From an uncultured Gammaproteobacteria bacterium (GTDB lineage Bacteria; Pseudomonadota; Gammaproteobacteria; Magnimaribacterales; D2472), in the NCBI GenBank assembly GCA_964444385.1, contig CAYUHD010000004.1:1-51467 (forward strand): a stretch of DNA of 51,467 nucleotides. The letters are read 5' to 3'. The position numbers and the translations under genes were made by a program. Below the pieces are notes generated by a model. That model searched no databases, had not been told where the DNA came from, and saw only the letters and a list, made by a program, of their open reading frames with translations. Shown here one piece after another: positions 40,670 through 49,556 of this stretch. Each line of letters starts with the position of its first letter. Position 1 is the stretch's first letter.

Positions 40670-42868
40670 CTATGAAGCGGCTAATTTTAGCGCTTCTTTT
40701 ACACCAACTGATACGACTCTAGAAACACCTGCTTCCTGCATCGTGATTCCCATTAAATGATCGCTTTTTTCCATAGAAATTTTATTATGCGTAATAAATA
40801 TAAATTGAACCCTATCAGACATCTCCTCAACCATAGCCACAAACCTGGTAGCATTTATATCATCCAGTGGCGCATCAACCTCATCCAACATACAGAATGG
40901 AGCTGGATTCAATTCAAACAATGCAAATACTAGAGAAAGAGCAGTCAAAGCTTTCTCTCCACCAGATAGTTGATAGATTGTCGCATTTTTTTTGCCGGGA
41001 GGCTGGGCTGAAAGTGTAATTCCTGAATTTAAAGAATCTCCATCAATTAATTGCAAAGCAGCTTTACCACCACCAAAAAGCCTCGGAAAAATCTCATTTA
41101 TTTTTGAATTCACAGCATTGAAGCTTTCATCAAACTTCATCTTAGACTCAACATCTATTTTCTTGATTGCACTTTGGAGCTTGTCTAGAGCCTCATTTAA
41201 ATCTTCTAATTGGGAATCTAATTCATCTATACGTTTAGCCTCCTCAGCAATCTCATCTGGAGCTGCCAAATTAATTGCTCCTAAAGAAATAATAGAAGAT
41301 TGAATGTTTGCTAGAGAAGTTTCAAGATTCGAAAGATCCATTTCTTGGAAATCCTCTGATTTAAGATCAGAAATAGAAATTCCAGCCTTTTTTAAAGTTT
41401 CTGATGCATTATCTAAATTAACTTCAAATGTTCTAAGATCCAGCTTTAAATTATTTAATTGCTCTTCCAAAGAGCGAAGATCTAAAGCAGCAATAGATTT
41501 TTTATTCTCAACATCTTGTATAGATACATCCACAACGGATTGTTTATGGCGAATAGAATTTAATTCTGATTCTGCTGTTGAGCTCTTTTCAACTAATTCT
41601 GCAAGATCACTTTCAGCTTTAAGTTTATTTTCTTTAGCTTGATTTAGCTGCTCGGAAATTTCATTCTGTCTAACTAAATATTCATTAGTTATATTCTTAG
41701 ATTGGGCTGAGGTAATTTTTAAGATACTAATTAATAACTCTTTTAACTCAGATGCTTTGCTACGTATAAAATCTGCACTTGAACCAAAATCTTTTAGAGC
41801 CTCAGAAATTGCATCTAATAAATGCATAGCTTTTTCTTTAGGGCTTATATTCTCTATACTTGATTCATTATCCAATGCCTCTGCATATCTCTCCTTTGCT
41901 TTAAGCAAATCTTCTTCATATCGAAAAATTGCCTTATTAATGTTTTGTAAGTTTGTTTCCTGTCTGGCAATCTCAGAACCAATTGTATAAAAGTTCTTTT
42001 GAGCTTCCTCGAAAGCTGACAAAACAGATGCATGCTCTGTCTTAATTTGATCAATTGATGTCTGATGAGTATTAACCTCTGCTGACTTTACAATTACTTG
42101 ATTATTCAGCTGAGAGATTTTTGAACTAAGAGAATCTTTTTTAGCTTTAGCGCTTAAAGTATTTAAAATTGAAATGTTTAACTTGAATTCTTTTTCTTCA
42201 ATTTGTAATTTTTTATACTTTTCTGCAGCTTTGGCTTGATTCTGTAACCGATTAACTAGTCTCTGAATCTCATCTCTAATATCTTTTACCCTTGATAAAT
42301 TTTCTTTAGTTTTTTTAATCCTCTGCTCTGTCTCTTTTCTTCTCTCTTTGTACTTAGATATTCCTGCTGCCTCTTCAATAAAGACTCTCATTTCTTCAGG
42401 TTTAGCGCTCACTATCTTTGACACCATACCCTGCTCAATAATGGCGTAGCTTCTTGGCCCAAGACCTGTTCCTAAAAAGATATCTTGAACATCTTTTCGC
42501 CTGCATCTTGTATTATTCATAGAATAGTGAGACTGTCCGTCCCTAGTCATCATTCTTTTTATCGAAATTTCATTGTATTTGGCATACGTACCGCCCAATT
42601 TTCCCATAGAATTATCAAAAAGAAGCTCGATGCTACATTGACCAGATGGCTTTCTTAAATCTGAACCATTGAAAATAACGTCGGACATAGACTCACCACG
42701 CAAGTTCTTTGCAGATAATTCCCCAAGAACCCATCTCACAGCATCAATAACATTAGATTTACCGCACCCATTGGGGCCAACAACGGCAACCATATTTGTA
42801 GGGAAAGATATCCTCGTGGGGTCCACGAAACTTTTGAATCCAGCCAGTTTGATGTGTTTAAGCTGCAT
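40670..42868 (-). CDS. smc: Chromosome segregation protein SMC, unusually short (732 aa) and apparently hinge-less
   Basis: GFKSF, Walker A GPNGCGKSN, LRG, Q-loop IIEQG, EEAAGI, LGAINL, PPGKK, signature LSGGEK, Walker B/D-loop LDEVDAPLD, ITH. Confidence 0.92.
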   Translation of the reverse strand: MQLKHIKLAGFKSFVDPTRISFPTNMVAVVGPNGCGKSNVIDAVRWVLGELSAKNLRGESMSDVIFNGSDLRKPSGQCSIELLFDNSMGKLGGTYAKYNEISIKRMMTRDGQSHYSMNNTRCRRKDVQDIFLGTGLGPRSYAIIEQGMVSKIVSAKPEEMRVFIEEAAGISKYKERRKETEQRIKKTKENLSRVKDIRDEIQRLVNRLQNQAKAAEKYKKLQIEEKEFKLNISILNTLSAKAKKDSLSSKISQLNNQVIVKSAEVNTHQTSIDQIKTEHASVLSAFEEAQKNFYTIGSEIARQETNLQNINKAIFRYEEDLLKAKERYAEALDNESSIENISPKEKAMHLLDAISEALKDFGSSADFIRSKASELKELLISILKITSAQSKNITNEYLVRQNEISEQLNQAKENKLKAESDLAELVEKSSTAESELNSIRHKQSVVDVSIQDVENKKSIAALDLRSLEEQLNNLKLDLRTFEVNLDNASETLKKAGISISDLKSEDFQEMDLSNLETSLANIQSSIISLGAINLAAPDEIAEEAKRIDELDSQLEDLNEALDKLQSAIKKIDVESKMKFDESFNAVNSKINEIFPRLFGGGKAALQLIDGDSLNSGITLSAQPPGKKNATIYQLSGGEKALTALSLVFALFELNPAPFCMLDEVDAPLDDINATRFVAMVEEMSDRVQFIFITHNKISMEKSDHLMGITMQEAGVSRVVSVGVKEALKLAAS

Positions 42869-42893
42869 TAATTTATCCTTTACCCATTTTAAA

Positions 42894-43682
42894 CTATTGT
42901 TCCTTTTTTAACCATTCGTTGGCATAAAAAAATAGTTCCTCTTGGTTGTCTTTTGAATACTTTAAATCTAAAGATTTAAATGATTGGAAGGTCGTATTAG
43001 AGCAATTGGCTTGTGCTTCAACTTTAATAATTTCTTGTTGCAAAAAAGCTGATGTAATATCAAAACCCCTGACCAAAGAATTTGATTTGTCTAATGTAAA
43101 AGGCTTATTTATATCTGGGGACAAAATTTCTCTGGTTGCAATATCTAGCTCTGGACCATTAGGAATGGAAACAAAAAATTTCAATGATTGCAATTTGCAA
43201 TTATGTGGGCTCTCAATGTTTATTAAAACTTTTGAATTTCCAAGGTTTGGATATTTTGCATCTCTTAAATCTGCCAACAAGTTGAAGATTGGAACTTGAA
43301 AGTTATCTCCTAAAAACTTTAAATTCAATGCCTTTAGAATGCTCTCTGCAGAGTTAAATGATTTAAGTTCTAAAGATTTATAAAAAACTTGAACTCCAAG
43401 CAGAAAGGATTCATCTTCTGAGGTCGTATTTTCTAAATATTTATTTATTAAAAAGTCATCAAATTCTCTATCTTGAATGATAGTATTAAGAACAGAATCA
43501 GATTGAGTTGCCTTAACCCATGACCCAGTCAAAGAGTTGCTAGAAAGAAAATTTAAAACAAACCCACCGAAACACAAGAACGTAAATAAAAATATTAAAG
43601 ATTTTTGATTTGATAATGGTTGTAGTAAATAAGAAATTACAGGTAATAATAAAATTACTGAAAGGGAAATGATCAATAACAT
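42894..43682 (-). CDS. ccmI: Divergent cytochrome c biogenesis protein, CcmI/CycH-like
   Basis: Directly after ccmH (TAATG overlap at 43680-43684). Two N-terminal TMs; C-terminal PFTLDKSNSLVRGFDITS resembles the CcmI C-terminal domain. Confidence 0.55.
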   Translation of the reverse strand: MLLIISLSVILLLPVISYLLQPLSNQKSLIFLFTFLCFGGFVLNFLSSNSLTGSWVKATQSDSVLNTIIQDREFDDFLINKYLENTTSEDESFLLGVQVFYKSLELKSFNSAESILKALNLKFLGDNFQVPIFNLLADLRDAKYPNLGNSKVLINIESPHNCKLQSLKFFVSIPNGPELDIATREILSPDINKPFTLDKSNSLVRGFDITSAFLQQEIIKVEAQANCSNTTFQSFKSLDLKYSKDNQEELFFYANEWLKKEQ

Positions 43683-44065
43683 TAAATCCTGCGCTTTAGA
43701 AAAAACATTGCTAGCATTATTGAAAAAAATATAAATGGTCCAAACCATAAAAAATAATTCGTACCTTCTAATGCGGGTCTGTAATCTGAAAAATTACCAA
43801 ATCTTTCTGAAACATACGTTTTTATTTCTTCATTAGAAGAGCCAGCAAGAACTAGTTCATAGACCTTATTTTTTAGATCACGGGATACAGGTGCGTCAGA
43901 ACTAGCAATGCTACCACTAGTACATTTTGGGCATCTTATCTCTGAGATCAATGAGTAGAATCTTTTTTCCTGCAACGAATCTTCAAATTCATAAACTATC
44001 TCATTAAAAGCTGGTATCGATAAGATAAAAAAAGAAAAAATTATTATTAATTTTTTGATCATCAT
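43682..44065 (-). CDS. ccmH: Cytochrome c-type biogenesis protein CcmH
   Basis: IRCPKC (LRCxxC-type), SIASSDA, ERFGNF, LWFGP. Confidence 0.9.
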   Translation of the reverse strand: MMIKKLIIIFSFFILSIPAFNEIVYEFEDSLQEKRFYSLISEIRCPKCTSGSIASSDAPVSRDLKNKVYELVLAGSSNEEIKTYVSERFGNFSDYRPALEGTNYFLWFGPFIFFSIMLAMFFLKRRI

Positions 44066-44583
44066 GATCCCTGCCGAGCTTTCTTAATTAATGGAAGAAA
44101 AATGTTATCCCATTTTGTTTGATTCATTTCCCCTTGAATATAAGCTAAAACTTTATTATCAATAATTAAATAAGATTCAGGAGCCCCAGTAACACCAAGA
44201 TCAAAAGCTAAATCACCTCTTGGGTCATATATTGAGAATAAGTAAGGATTGCCATGCTTTCGAAGCCAAGCAATTGCCTTAGTATCTGAATCTTTATAGT
44301 TCAAACCTATAATTTGAATATTTTTATCTGATAATTCAGTTAAAAATGGGTGCTCAACAAGACAAGTAATACACCAACTTGCCCATACATTTATTAATTT
44401 TATTCCGTTTAATGACTTGGCTTGAATTGGATTTCCATTTAAATCATTTAATTGAAATTCAGGAAAACTCTTTGATTTAAAGTTTGAGAATTTAATATCC
44501 TCATCAACTAAAAGTACCCTAGCAAAAAAAACTAAAATAAGAATAGGAAGGAGCACTATTAAAAATCTTAAAAACTGATTCAT
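44062..44583 (-). CDS. ccmG: Thiol:disulfide interchange protein CcmG/DsbE
   Basis: NVWASWCITCLVEHP, GLNYKD, GNPY, GVTGAPE. Confidence 0.92.
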   Translation of the reverse strand: MNQFLRFLIVLLPILILVFFARVLLVDEDIKFSNFKSKSFPEFQLNDLNGNPIQAKSLNGIKLINVWASWCITCLVEHPFLTELSDKNIQIIGLNYKDSDTKAIAWLRKHGNPYLFSIYDPRGDLAFDLGVTGAPESYLIIDNKVLAYIQGEMNQTKWDNIFLPLIKKARQGS

Positions 44584-46478
44584 GACATTTTCTTTTTAAA
44601 AATTGTTAAAAGCATCCCCAAAACCATTAGAGCAGCTGAAAACCAAATCCATTTTATAAAATAATTAATTTTTAGTGAAAAAGTCCAGCTACCATTTTCT
44701 AACTGATCACCGATCGTTAGGTACGTGTCTTTCAATACAGAGGCATGAATTGCTGATTCAGAGGTAATCTGACCTCTTGTAGCATATTTTCTTTTTTGAG
44801 GATTAAGAAATAAACTTTTTTTATCCTGTAAGAGAAAAACTTCTGCTGAGATAACATCATGATTTGAAGCTTTTAAAACTTTAATATCCTTAAAAAAAAA
44901 TTCTGTAACTGATTCATTGACTGTAACAGACTGACCAGGAGCAAGATTTAAGTTTTTTTCATAACTAAGAATGCTATTCATAGAAACGGCAAAAAATAAT
45001 AAGCCTAAGCCGATATGCGCAATTGCACTTCCTTTGTTGATAAACCTTTTATTAAAAATATTATTGATAGTTCGTAATGAATAACTAAAAAGAATAATTA
45101 GTCCAGAAAAAATTCCTATGTATGCAAGAATTGAAAAAATATTAGTTGTGTACCAAATAATATAAACAAAAAAGAGAGATAGAATAGTCGGTAGCACTGT
45201 GACTATAGATAAAATTCTCAGAGGCATGGAGCGCTGCCATAAAGCATCTACCGAAATCATAATAAATATAGAAGCAATAAGAATTAGTGGCGAAAAAATT
45301 GTATTGTAATAAGGTGGGCCAATACTAACTTTCTCTCCAGTTATAGATTCAATAATGAGCGGATAAGTTATACCAAGAAAAATAGAAAAGATACTTGTAA
45401 TCATTAAAATATTATTCATGGAAATAAATGATTCCTTTGATCCAGTCACCACTAATTTTGAAGAATGTAGAGAAGGTAAGCGATATGCAAGAATTCCCAT
45501 TGCTAATAATGTGATCAGACCAGAAAAACTCAAAAGATAAAGTCCTCTCTCAGGGTCATTAGCAAATGAATGAACGCTATCAATAATTCCAGACCTAACA
45601 ATGAAAGCTCCAAATAAACTTAGAGCAAAAATTAAAATTCCTAAAAACATTGTCCAAGTTTTAAGTACATTTGACTTTGAAGATGCAAACATTGAATGCA
45701 TAAAAGCTGTTGCTGCGAGCCACGGCATGAGGGCAACATTTTCTACAGGATCCCAAAACCAATAACCCCCCCACCCTAATTCATAGTATGCCCACCAACT
45801 TCCAAGCGTTATACCAATGGTTAGAAAAATCCAAGCTACAAAAGACCAATTTTTTATATCTCGCTCCCACTGCAATTCAAAATTTCCATTGAACAAGTAT
45901 GCTGTAATAAAACTAAAAGCAATTACGAATCCTACATAACCCAGATAAAGCATAGGCGGATGAATGGCTAGTGCCGGATCTTGCAAAACTGGGTTTATAT
46001 CCGCTCCTTCAAGTGCTCCAAAAGGCAAAATTCTTTCAAAGGGATTGGATGTTAAAAGCAAAAATAATAAAAAACCTAAAATGATTGAACACAACATCAT
46101 TAATGTTAATTTTTTTAAGGGGTGATCTTTTTCAAGTGAGTTAATAAACAAAAAGCTCCAAACCGCTAAAAAGAGTATCCATAAAAACATTGAGCCCTCA
46201 TGAGCACTCCATATTGAAGTTATCTTGTAGAAAACAGGTAATTGTGAGTTAGAGTGACTTGCTATATATGCGATCGAGAAATCATCACTTATAGCAAGAT
46301 AAACATACATGCCAAAAGAAATAAACACTAGCCAACATGCTTGATTAAAAAGTCTCAAGGAAAGCGTTACCTGATTAGGGTAAGCCTTACTAAAAAAGAA
46401 GAAGAAATTGAAGATCAAGACAAGGCTTAATAATACGACAGCTGATAAAGATAGAAAATGTGAAATCTCACCTATCAT
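44580..46478 (-). CDS. ccmF: Heme lyase CcmF
   Basis: WSAHEGS, IHPPMLY, WAYYELGWGGYWFWDPVEN, SVHSFA. Confidence 0.96.
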   Translation of the reverse strand: MIGEISHFLSLSAVVLLSLVLIFNFFFFFSKAYPNQVTLSLRLFNQACWLVFISFGMYVYLAISDDFSIAYIASHSNSQLPVFYKITSIWSAHEGSMFLWILFLAVWSFLFINSLEKDHPLKKLTLMMLCSIILGFLLFLLLTSNPFERILPFGALEGADINPVLQDPALAIHPPMLYLGYVGFVIAFSFITAYLFNGNFELQWERDIKNWSFVAWIFLTIGITLGSWWAYYELGWGGYWFWDPVENVALMPWLAATAFMHSMFASSKSNVLKTWTMFLGILIFALSLFGAFIVRSGIIDSVHSFANDPERGLYLLSFSGLITLLAMGILAYRLPSLHSSKLVVTGSKESFISMNNILMITSIFSIFLGITYPLIIESITGEKVSIGPPYYNTIFSPLILIASIFIMISVDALWQRSMPLRILSIVTVLPTILSLFFVYIIWYTTNIFSILAYIGIFSGLIILFSYSLRTINNIFNKRFINKGSAIAHIGLGLLFFAVSMNSILSYEKNLNLAPGQSVTVNESVTEFFFKDIKVLKASNHDVISAEVFLLQDKKSLFLNPQKRKYATRGQITSESAIHASVLKDTYLTIGDQLENGSWTFSLKINYFIKWIWFSAALMVLGMLLTIFKKKMS

Positions 46479-46888
46479 ATTTTAGGTTCATCAATAGCTA
46501 ACTCAGGAGGCATATAGTTCTCGTCGTGTTTTGCAAAAATTTCTTCTGCTGCAAACATGCCATCTAGAAAATATCCAAGCATTACTACTCCGCTATTTTC
46601 TTTAAATAGATCTGGCGGCACACCGTCAAATGTTACTGGAACTTCATTTAAAAAATCTGTAACGAGAAAGTTAATCATGGTTCCATCTCTTTTTATAGAT
46701 CCGGTTTTTACCATCCCTCCCAACTTAATCCGATAACCAGGCTTGATATCTGCCTCCAGCATCTCAGATGGAGTATAGAAAAGGTCTAATTTTGAATTTA
46801 AAGAAAAAAGGATCAAAGAAATCCCTCCTGCGGATAAAATAAGAATGGTAAATAGCTTCCAAAGACGATTTTTTCTAACTTGAAGCAT
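46475..46888 (-). CDS. ccmE: Heme chaperone CcmE
   Basis: FYTPSE, LGGMV, PDLFKE, AKHDENYMPPE. Confidence 0.95.
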   Translation of the reverse strand: MLQVRKNRLWKLFTILILSAGGISLILFSLNSKLDLFYTPSEMLEADIKPGYRIKLGGMVKTGSIKRDGTMINFLVTDFLNEVPVTFDGVPPDLFKENSGVVMLGYFLDGMFAAEEIFAKHDENYMPPELAIDEPKI

Positions 46889-47051
46889 TTTTTATCTTTA
46901 TTTTATTTTGGATATTTTTAATTCTCCTTCTAACAATCACGAAACTAGCAATAATAATTGAGATACCGATTGAATAAACTAACCAAACATAAATGCCGTG
47001 ACCATTCATGTTTAAAATTGCATTAAAATTATCAAAAGCTAAATTAAACAT
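46875..47051 (-). CDS. ccmD: Heme exporter protein CcmD (58 aa, below the ORF-track cutoff)
   Basis: Hand translation MFNLAFDNFNAILNMNGHGIYVWLVYSIGISIIIASFVIVRRRIKNIQNKIKIKNASS shows the M.GHG.YVW..Y motif, a TM and a basic tail; lies between ccmC and ccmE. Confidence 0.9.
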   Translation of the reverse strand: MFNLAFDNFNAILNMNGHGIYVWLVYSIGISIIIASFVIVRRRIKNIQNKIKIKNASS

Positions 47052-47775
47052 GTTCTAAAACCCATCTTTTATTTTTTTCTCTTGTAAATATGTAAGAACG
47101 ACTGTTTAAAATACCAAGTGAAATTAATGCAAAACCTAAGCCAATTACTGAAATAAATAATGGATACAGCATGGAGGGATCAATTGAGCTACTCCCAGAA
47201 ACTGAGATTGATGCTGGCTGATGGAGTGTTGACCACCAATCAACAGACTTTTTAATTATGGGTATATTAACAACTCCAACAACTACTAGTATGGACATAA
47301 GTCGATCTGCTTTTTCTAAATTAGAAAAAGCCCCGTGTAAAGTTAAAATCCCAAGATACATAATAAATAATATTAAGGTTGAGGTAATTCGTGCATCCCA
47401 CTGCCACCAAGTTCCCCATGTAGGAATGCCCCAAATAGACCCTGAAAATATTGCTATAAATGTGATCATTGCACCTATTGGTGCTGCAGATTTAATCAAA
47501 TAAGCTGCTAACTTTACACGCCATACAAGATGCATTAAAGCGCAGACAGACATAAAATAATAAATCATTTGAGCAAAAATATTAGCTGGCACGTGGAGAA
47601 AAATAATGCGATATGAATTTCCTTGAACAGCATCCTCTGGAGCAAATAATAAACCCCATATCCATCCAACTATTAACATAGAAACCCCAATAATGATGAA
47701 AAATGGATACAGTTTTTCTGTAAGATTTACAAAACTCTTGGGAGAAGAAAATTTATGGATGAATGCTGTAATCAC
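47044..47775 (-). CDS. ccmC: Heme exporter protein CcmC
   Basis: YRIIFLHVP, WWD motif WGIPTWGTWWQWDAR, WWSTLHQ; GTG start. Confidence 0.95.
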   Translation of the reverse strand: MITAFIHKFSSPKSFVNLTEKLYPFFIIIGVSMLIVGWIWGLLFAPEDAVQGNSYRIIFLHVPANIFAQMIYYFMSVCALMHLVWRVKLAAYLIKSAAPIGAMITFIAIFSGSIWGIPTWGTWWQWDARITSTLILFIMYLGILTLHGAFSNLEKADRLMSILVVVGVVNIPIIKKSVDWWSTLHQPASISVSGSSSIDPSMLYPLFISVIGLGFALISLGILNSRSYIFTREKNKRWVLEHV

Positions 47776-47800
47776 AACAAGTATTATAAACCTAAGTTGA

Positions 47801-48451
47801 TTAATCTATATGTGTTTTTAAGGTTGCTGAGATAATTAAAGGCATGATGGCTGATACAACCAACCCTATACCTATCATTAATGTAATTATTGCTAAAAAG
47901 CCATCTCCATATTGAATGGTTCTTATCGCTCGACCTAACAAAATGATAACAGGCAATGCAAGCGGTAAAGATGAAAGAACTCCTAACATTGCTCCTTTGT
48001 TAATTGATAATGCATTGCCAAATGCAAACAAATTAAATAACAAAAGATTTGAAAGACTGAGCAATAAAAATACCTTAGGAAAACTACCGATAGCAACTCC
48101 ATTGGCAAATGAGAACAATGACGCAATAAAAGCAATTGGGATTCCAATAAAGCACACATATACAAGTATTTTAGAAAGCGTAACTTTATAAAAATCTTTT
48201 TCTATTAGAAATTCTTGCTCAAGAGATCCATCCTCAAAATCTTCTTCAAACATCCCTTCTGTTGCCACAAAAGCAGTCATTAGTAAAGAGACAACAATGA
48301 TAGAGAAATAAAATCTATTTAAGTCATACTGAGAAATATCTATGCTCAATGGAAAGGCTATCAGAACAAGTACCGTAATTAATAAAGGCCCCAACCAGGA
48401 CTTTAATTTATTAGACAGCTTAAAAGATTCAATCTTTATTAATCTAAACAT
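47801..48451 (-). CDS. ccmB: Heme exporter protein CcmB
   Basis: FEEDFEDGSLEQ motif, LPLALPVII, multiple TMs. Start at 48451 or 48463. Confidence 0.88.
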   Translation of the reverse strand: MFRLIKIESFKLSNKLKSWLGPLLITVLVLIAFPLSIDISQYDLNRFYFSIIVVSLLMTAFVATEGMFEEDFEDGSLEQEFLIEKDFYKVTLSKILVYVCFIGIPIAFIASLFSFANGVAIGSFPKVFLLLSLSNLLLFNLFAFGNALSINKGAMLGVLSSLPLALPVIILLGRAIRTIQYGDGFLAIITLMIGIGLVVSAIMPLIISATLKTHID

Positions 48452-49028
48452 TTTCTTTTCCAAGATCTAAAACTTTACACTCTATGGTTGGTTGAATATG
48501 AGATGTAAGAATAAGACCAACTCCTTCTGATAGCTTTTCAACAAGAAAATTATTAAGTAGATCGCTGGTTACTTTATCAAGGCCAACAAAAGGCTCATCA
48601 AGAACTATCATTTGTGGAGACTCAGCCAAAACCCTAATTAAAGCTAATTTTTTTTGCTGCCCAAAAGATAAATTAGCTGCAAGTTCATCTTGAACATTTG
48701 TTAATTCAAGTTTTTGAAGCCATTTGAAAGCATTGGTTAGTTTCGAGTTATTAAATAATAATTCTAAGTTCTGAATTGGAGTAAGATAATTCTTTATGGC
48801 ATTTTTATGACCCAAATAAGAAATGTCTAAATCTTCAGTTGAATATCTAATGGAGCCTTTAGACGGAGAGGTGATTCCCAAAATAATTCTAAGCAAAGTA
48901 CTTTTTCCAGAACCATTAGCTCCTTTTATATATAGCCCATCTTCAGAATTTGCTTCAAATGAAAGGTTATGAAAAAGTTTTTTTTCATTTATTGAATATG
49001 AAATATTTTGAGCTGAAACAAGCTTCAT
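48444..49028 (-). CDS. ccmA: Heme ABC exporter ATP-binding protein CcmA
   Basis: GANGSGKST, YLGHKN, LSFGQQKK, LDEPF, TSH. Confidence 0.92.
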   Translation of the reverse strand: MKLVSAQNISYSINEKKLFHNLSFEANSEDGLYIKGANGSGKSTLLRIILGITSPSKGSIRYSTEDLDISYLGHKNAIKNYLTPIQNLELLFNNSKLTNAFKWLQKLELTNVQDELAANLSFGQQKKLALIRVLAESPQMIVLDEPFVGLDKVTSDLLNNFLVEKLSEGVGLILTSHIQPTIECKVLDLGKENV

Positions 49029-49034
49029 AAAATT

Positions 49035-49550
49035 CTAATTTAAAAGAGATTTTGTCCTTATTGTAAGCGAAGGCAGTGGGTTTTGTGGATCTAATCGCAG
49101 GTAAAATCTTTTAGCTAGCTCAGCAAATGGATTGGCACCACTGTCTCCAAGACCGCCAACAGAAAAATATAATGATTTTGAAAAAAATATTCCCTGATCT
49201 AGTTGAGGTACTTTGTTTAGAAAAGTATTTAACTTTCCAATACTCTGAACAGTTCCCTTGAAATTGTTGCCGAAATGATACCAGCCCCAAAACTGGTATT
49301 CACTTCTGGAAAAATGAACAAGTTGTCTTCTAGCAATTTTTTTAGGGAAAGCTCCTGCGGGAATTATGGAAATAACCTTAGAATCTAATTCAGCAATTTT
49401 TGAATCTAGTAATGATGGCAACTCATCTAAGGATAGGAAGGGACAAAGTAAACACTCTACCCCTTCTTCGATTTTATAAGATTTAACCTTTGAAAGTCTT
49501 TCCTTAGAGCCAATAATTATATAACTGACATTAGGAAAATCTCTTAACAC
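49035..49550 (-). CDS. Degenerate GT2 glycosyltransferase-like protein (TIGR04283-like C-terminal region)
   Basis: DQGIFFSKSLYFSVGG resembles GDQGxFxxRxxFxxxGG; the canonical DxD and ED motifs are not visible. Confidence 0.5.
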   Translation of the reverse strand: MLRDFPNVSYIIIGSKERLSKVKSYKIEEGVECLLCPFLSLDELPSLLDSKIAELDSKVISIIPAGAFPKKIARRQLVHFSRSEYQFWGWYHFGNNFKGTVQSIGKLNTFLNKVPQLDQGIFFSKSLYFSVGGLGDSGANPFAELAKRFYLRLDPQNPLPSLTIRTKSLLN

Positions 49551-49556
49551 CCTGAC

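Noticed and set aside
40670-42868. SMC reinterpreted as RecN, SbcC/Rad50 or a pseudogene
   Set aside because: Head motifs (GFKSF, LRG, EEAAGI, PPGKK, LDEVDAPLD) and zipA-ligA synteny are those of true SMC. There is no CxxC zinc hook at the apex and no stop or frameshift.
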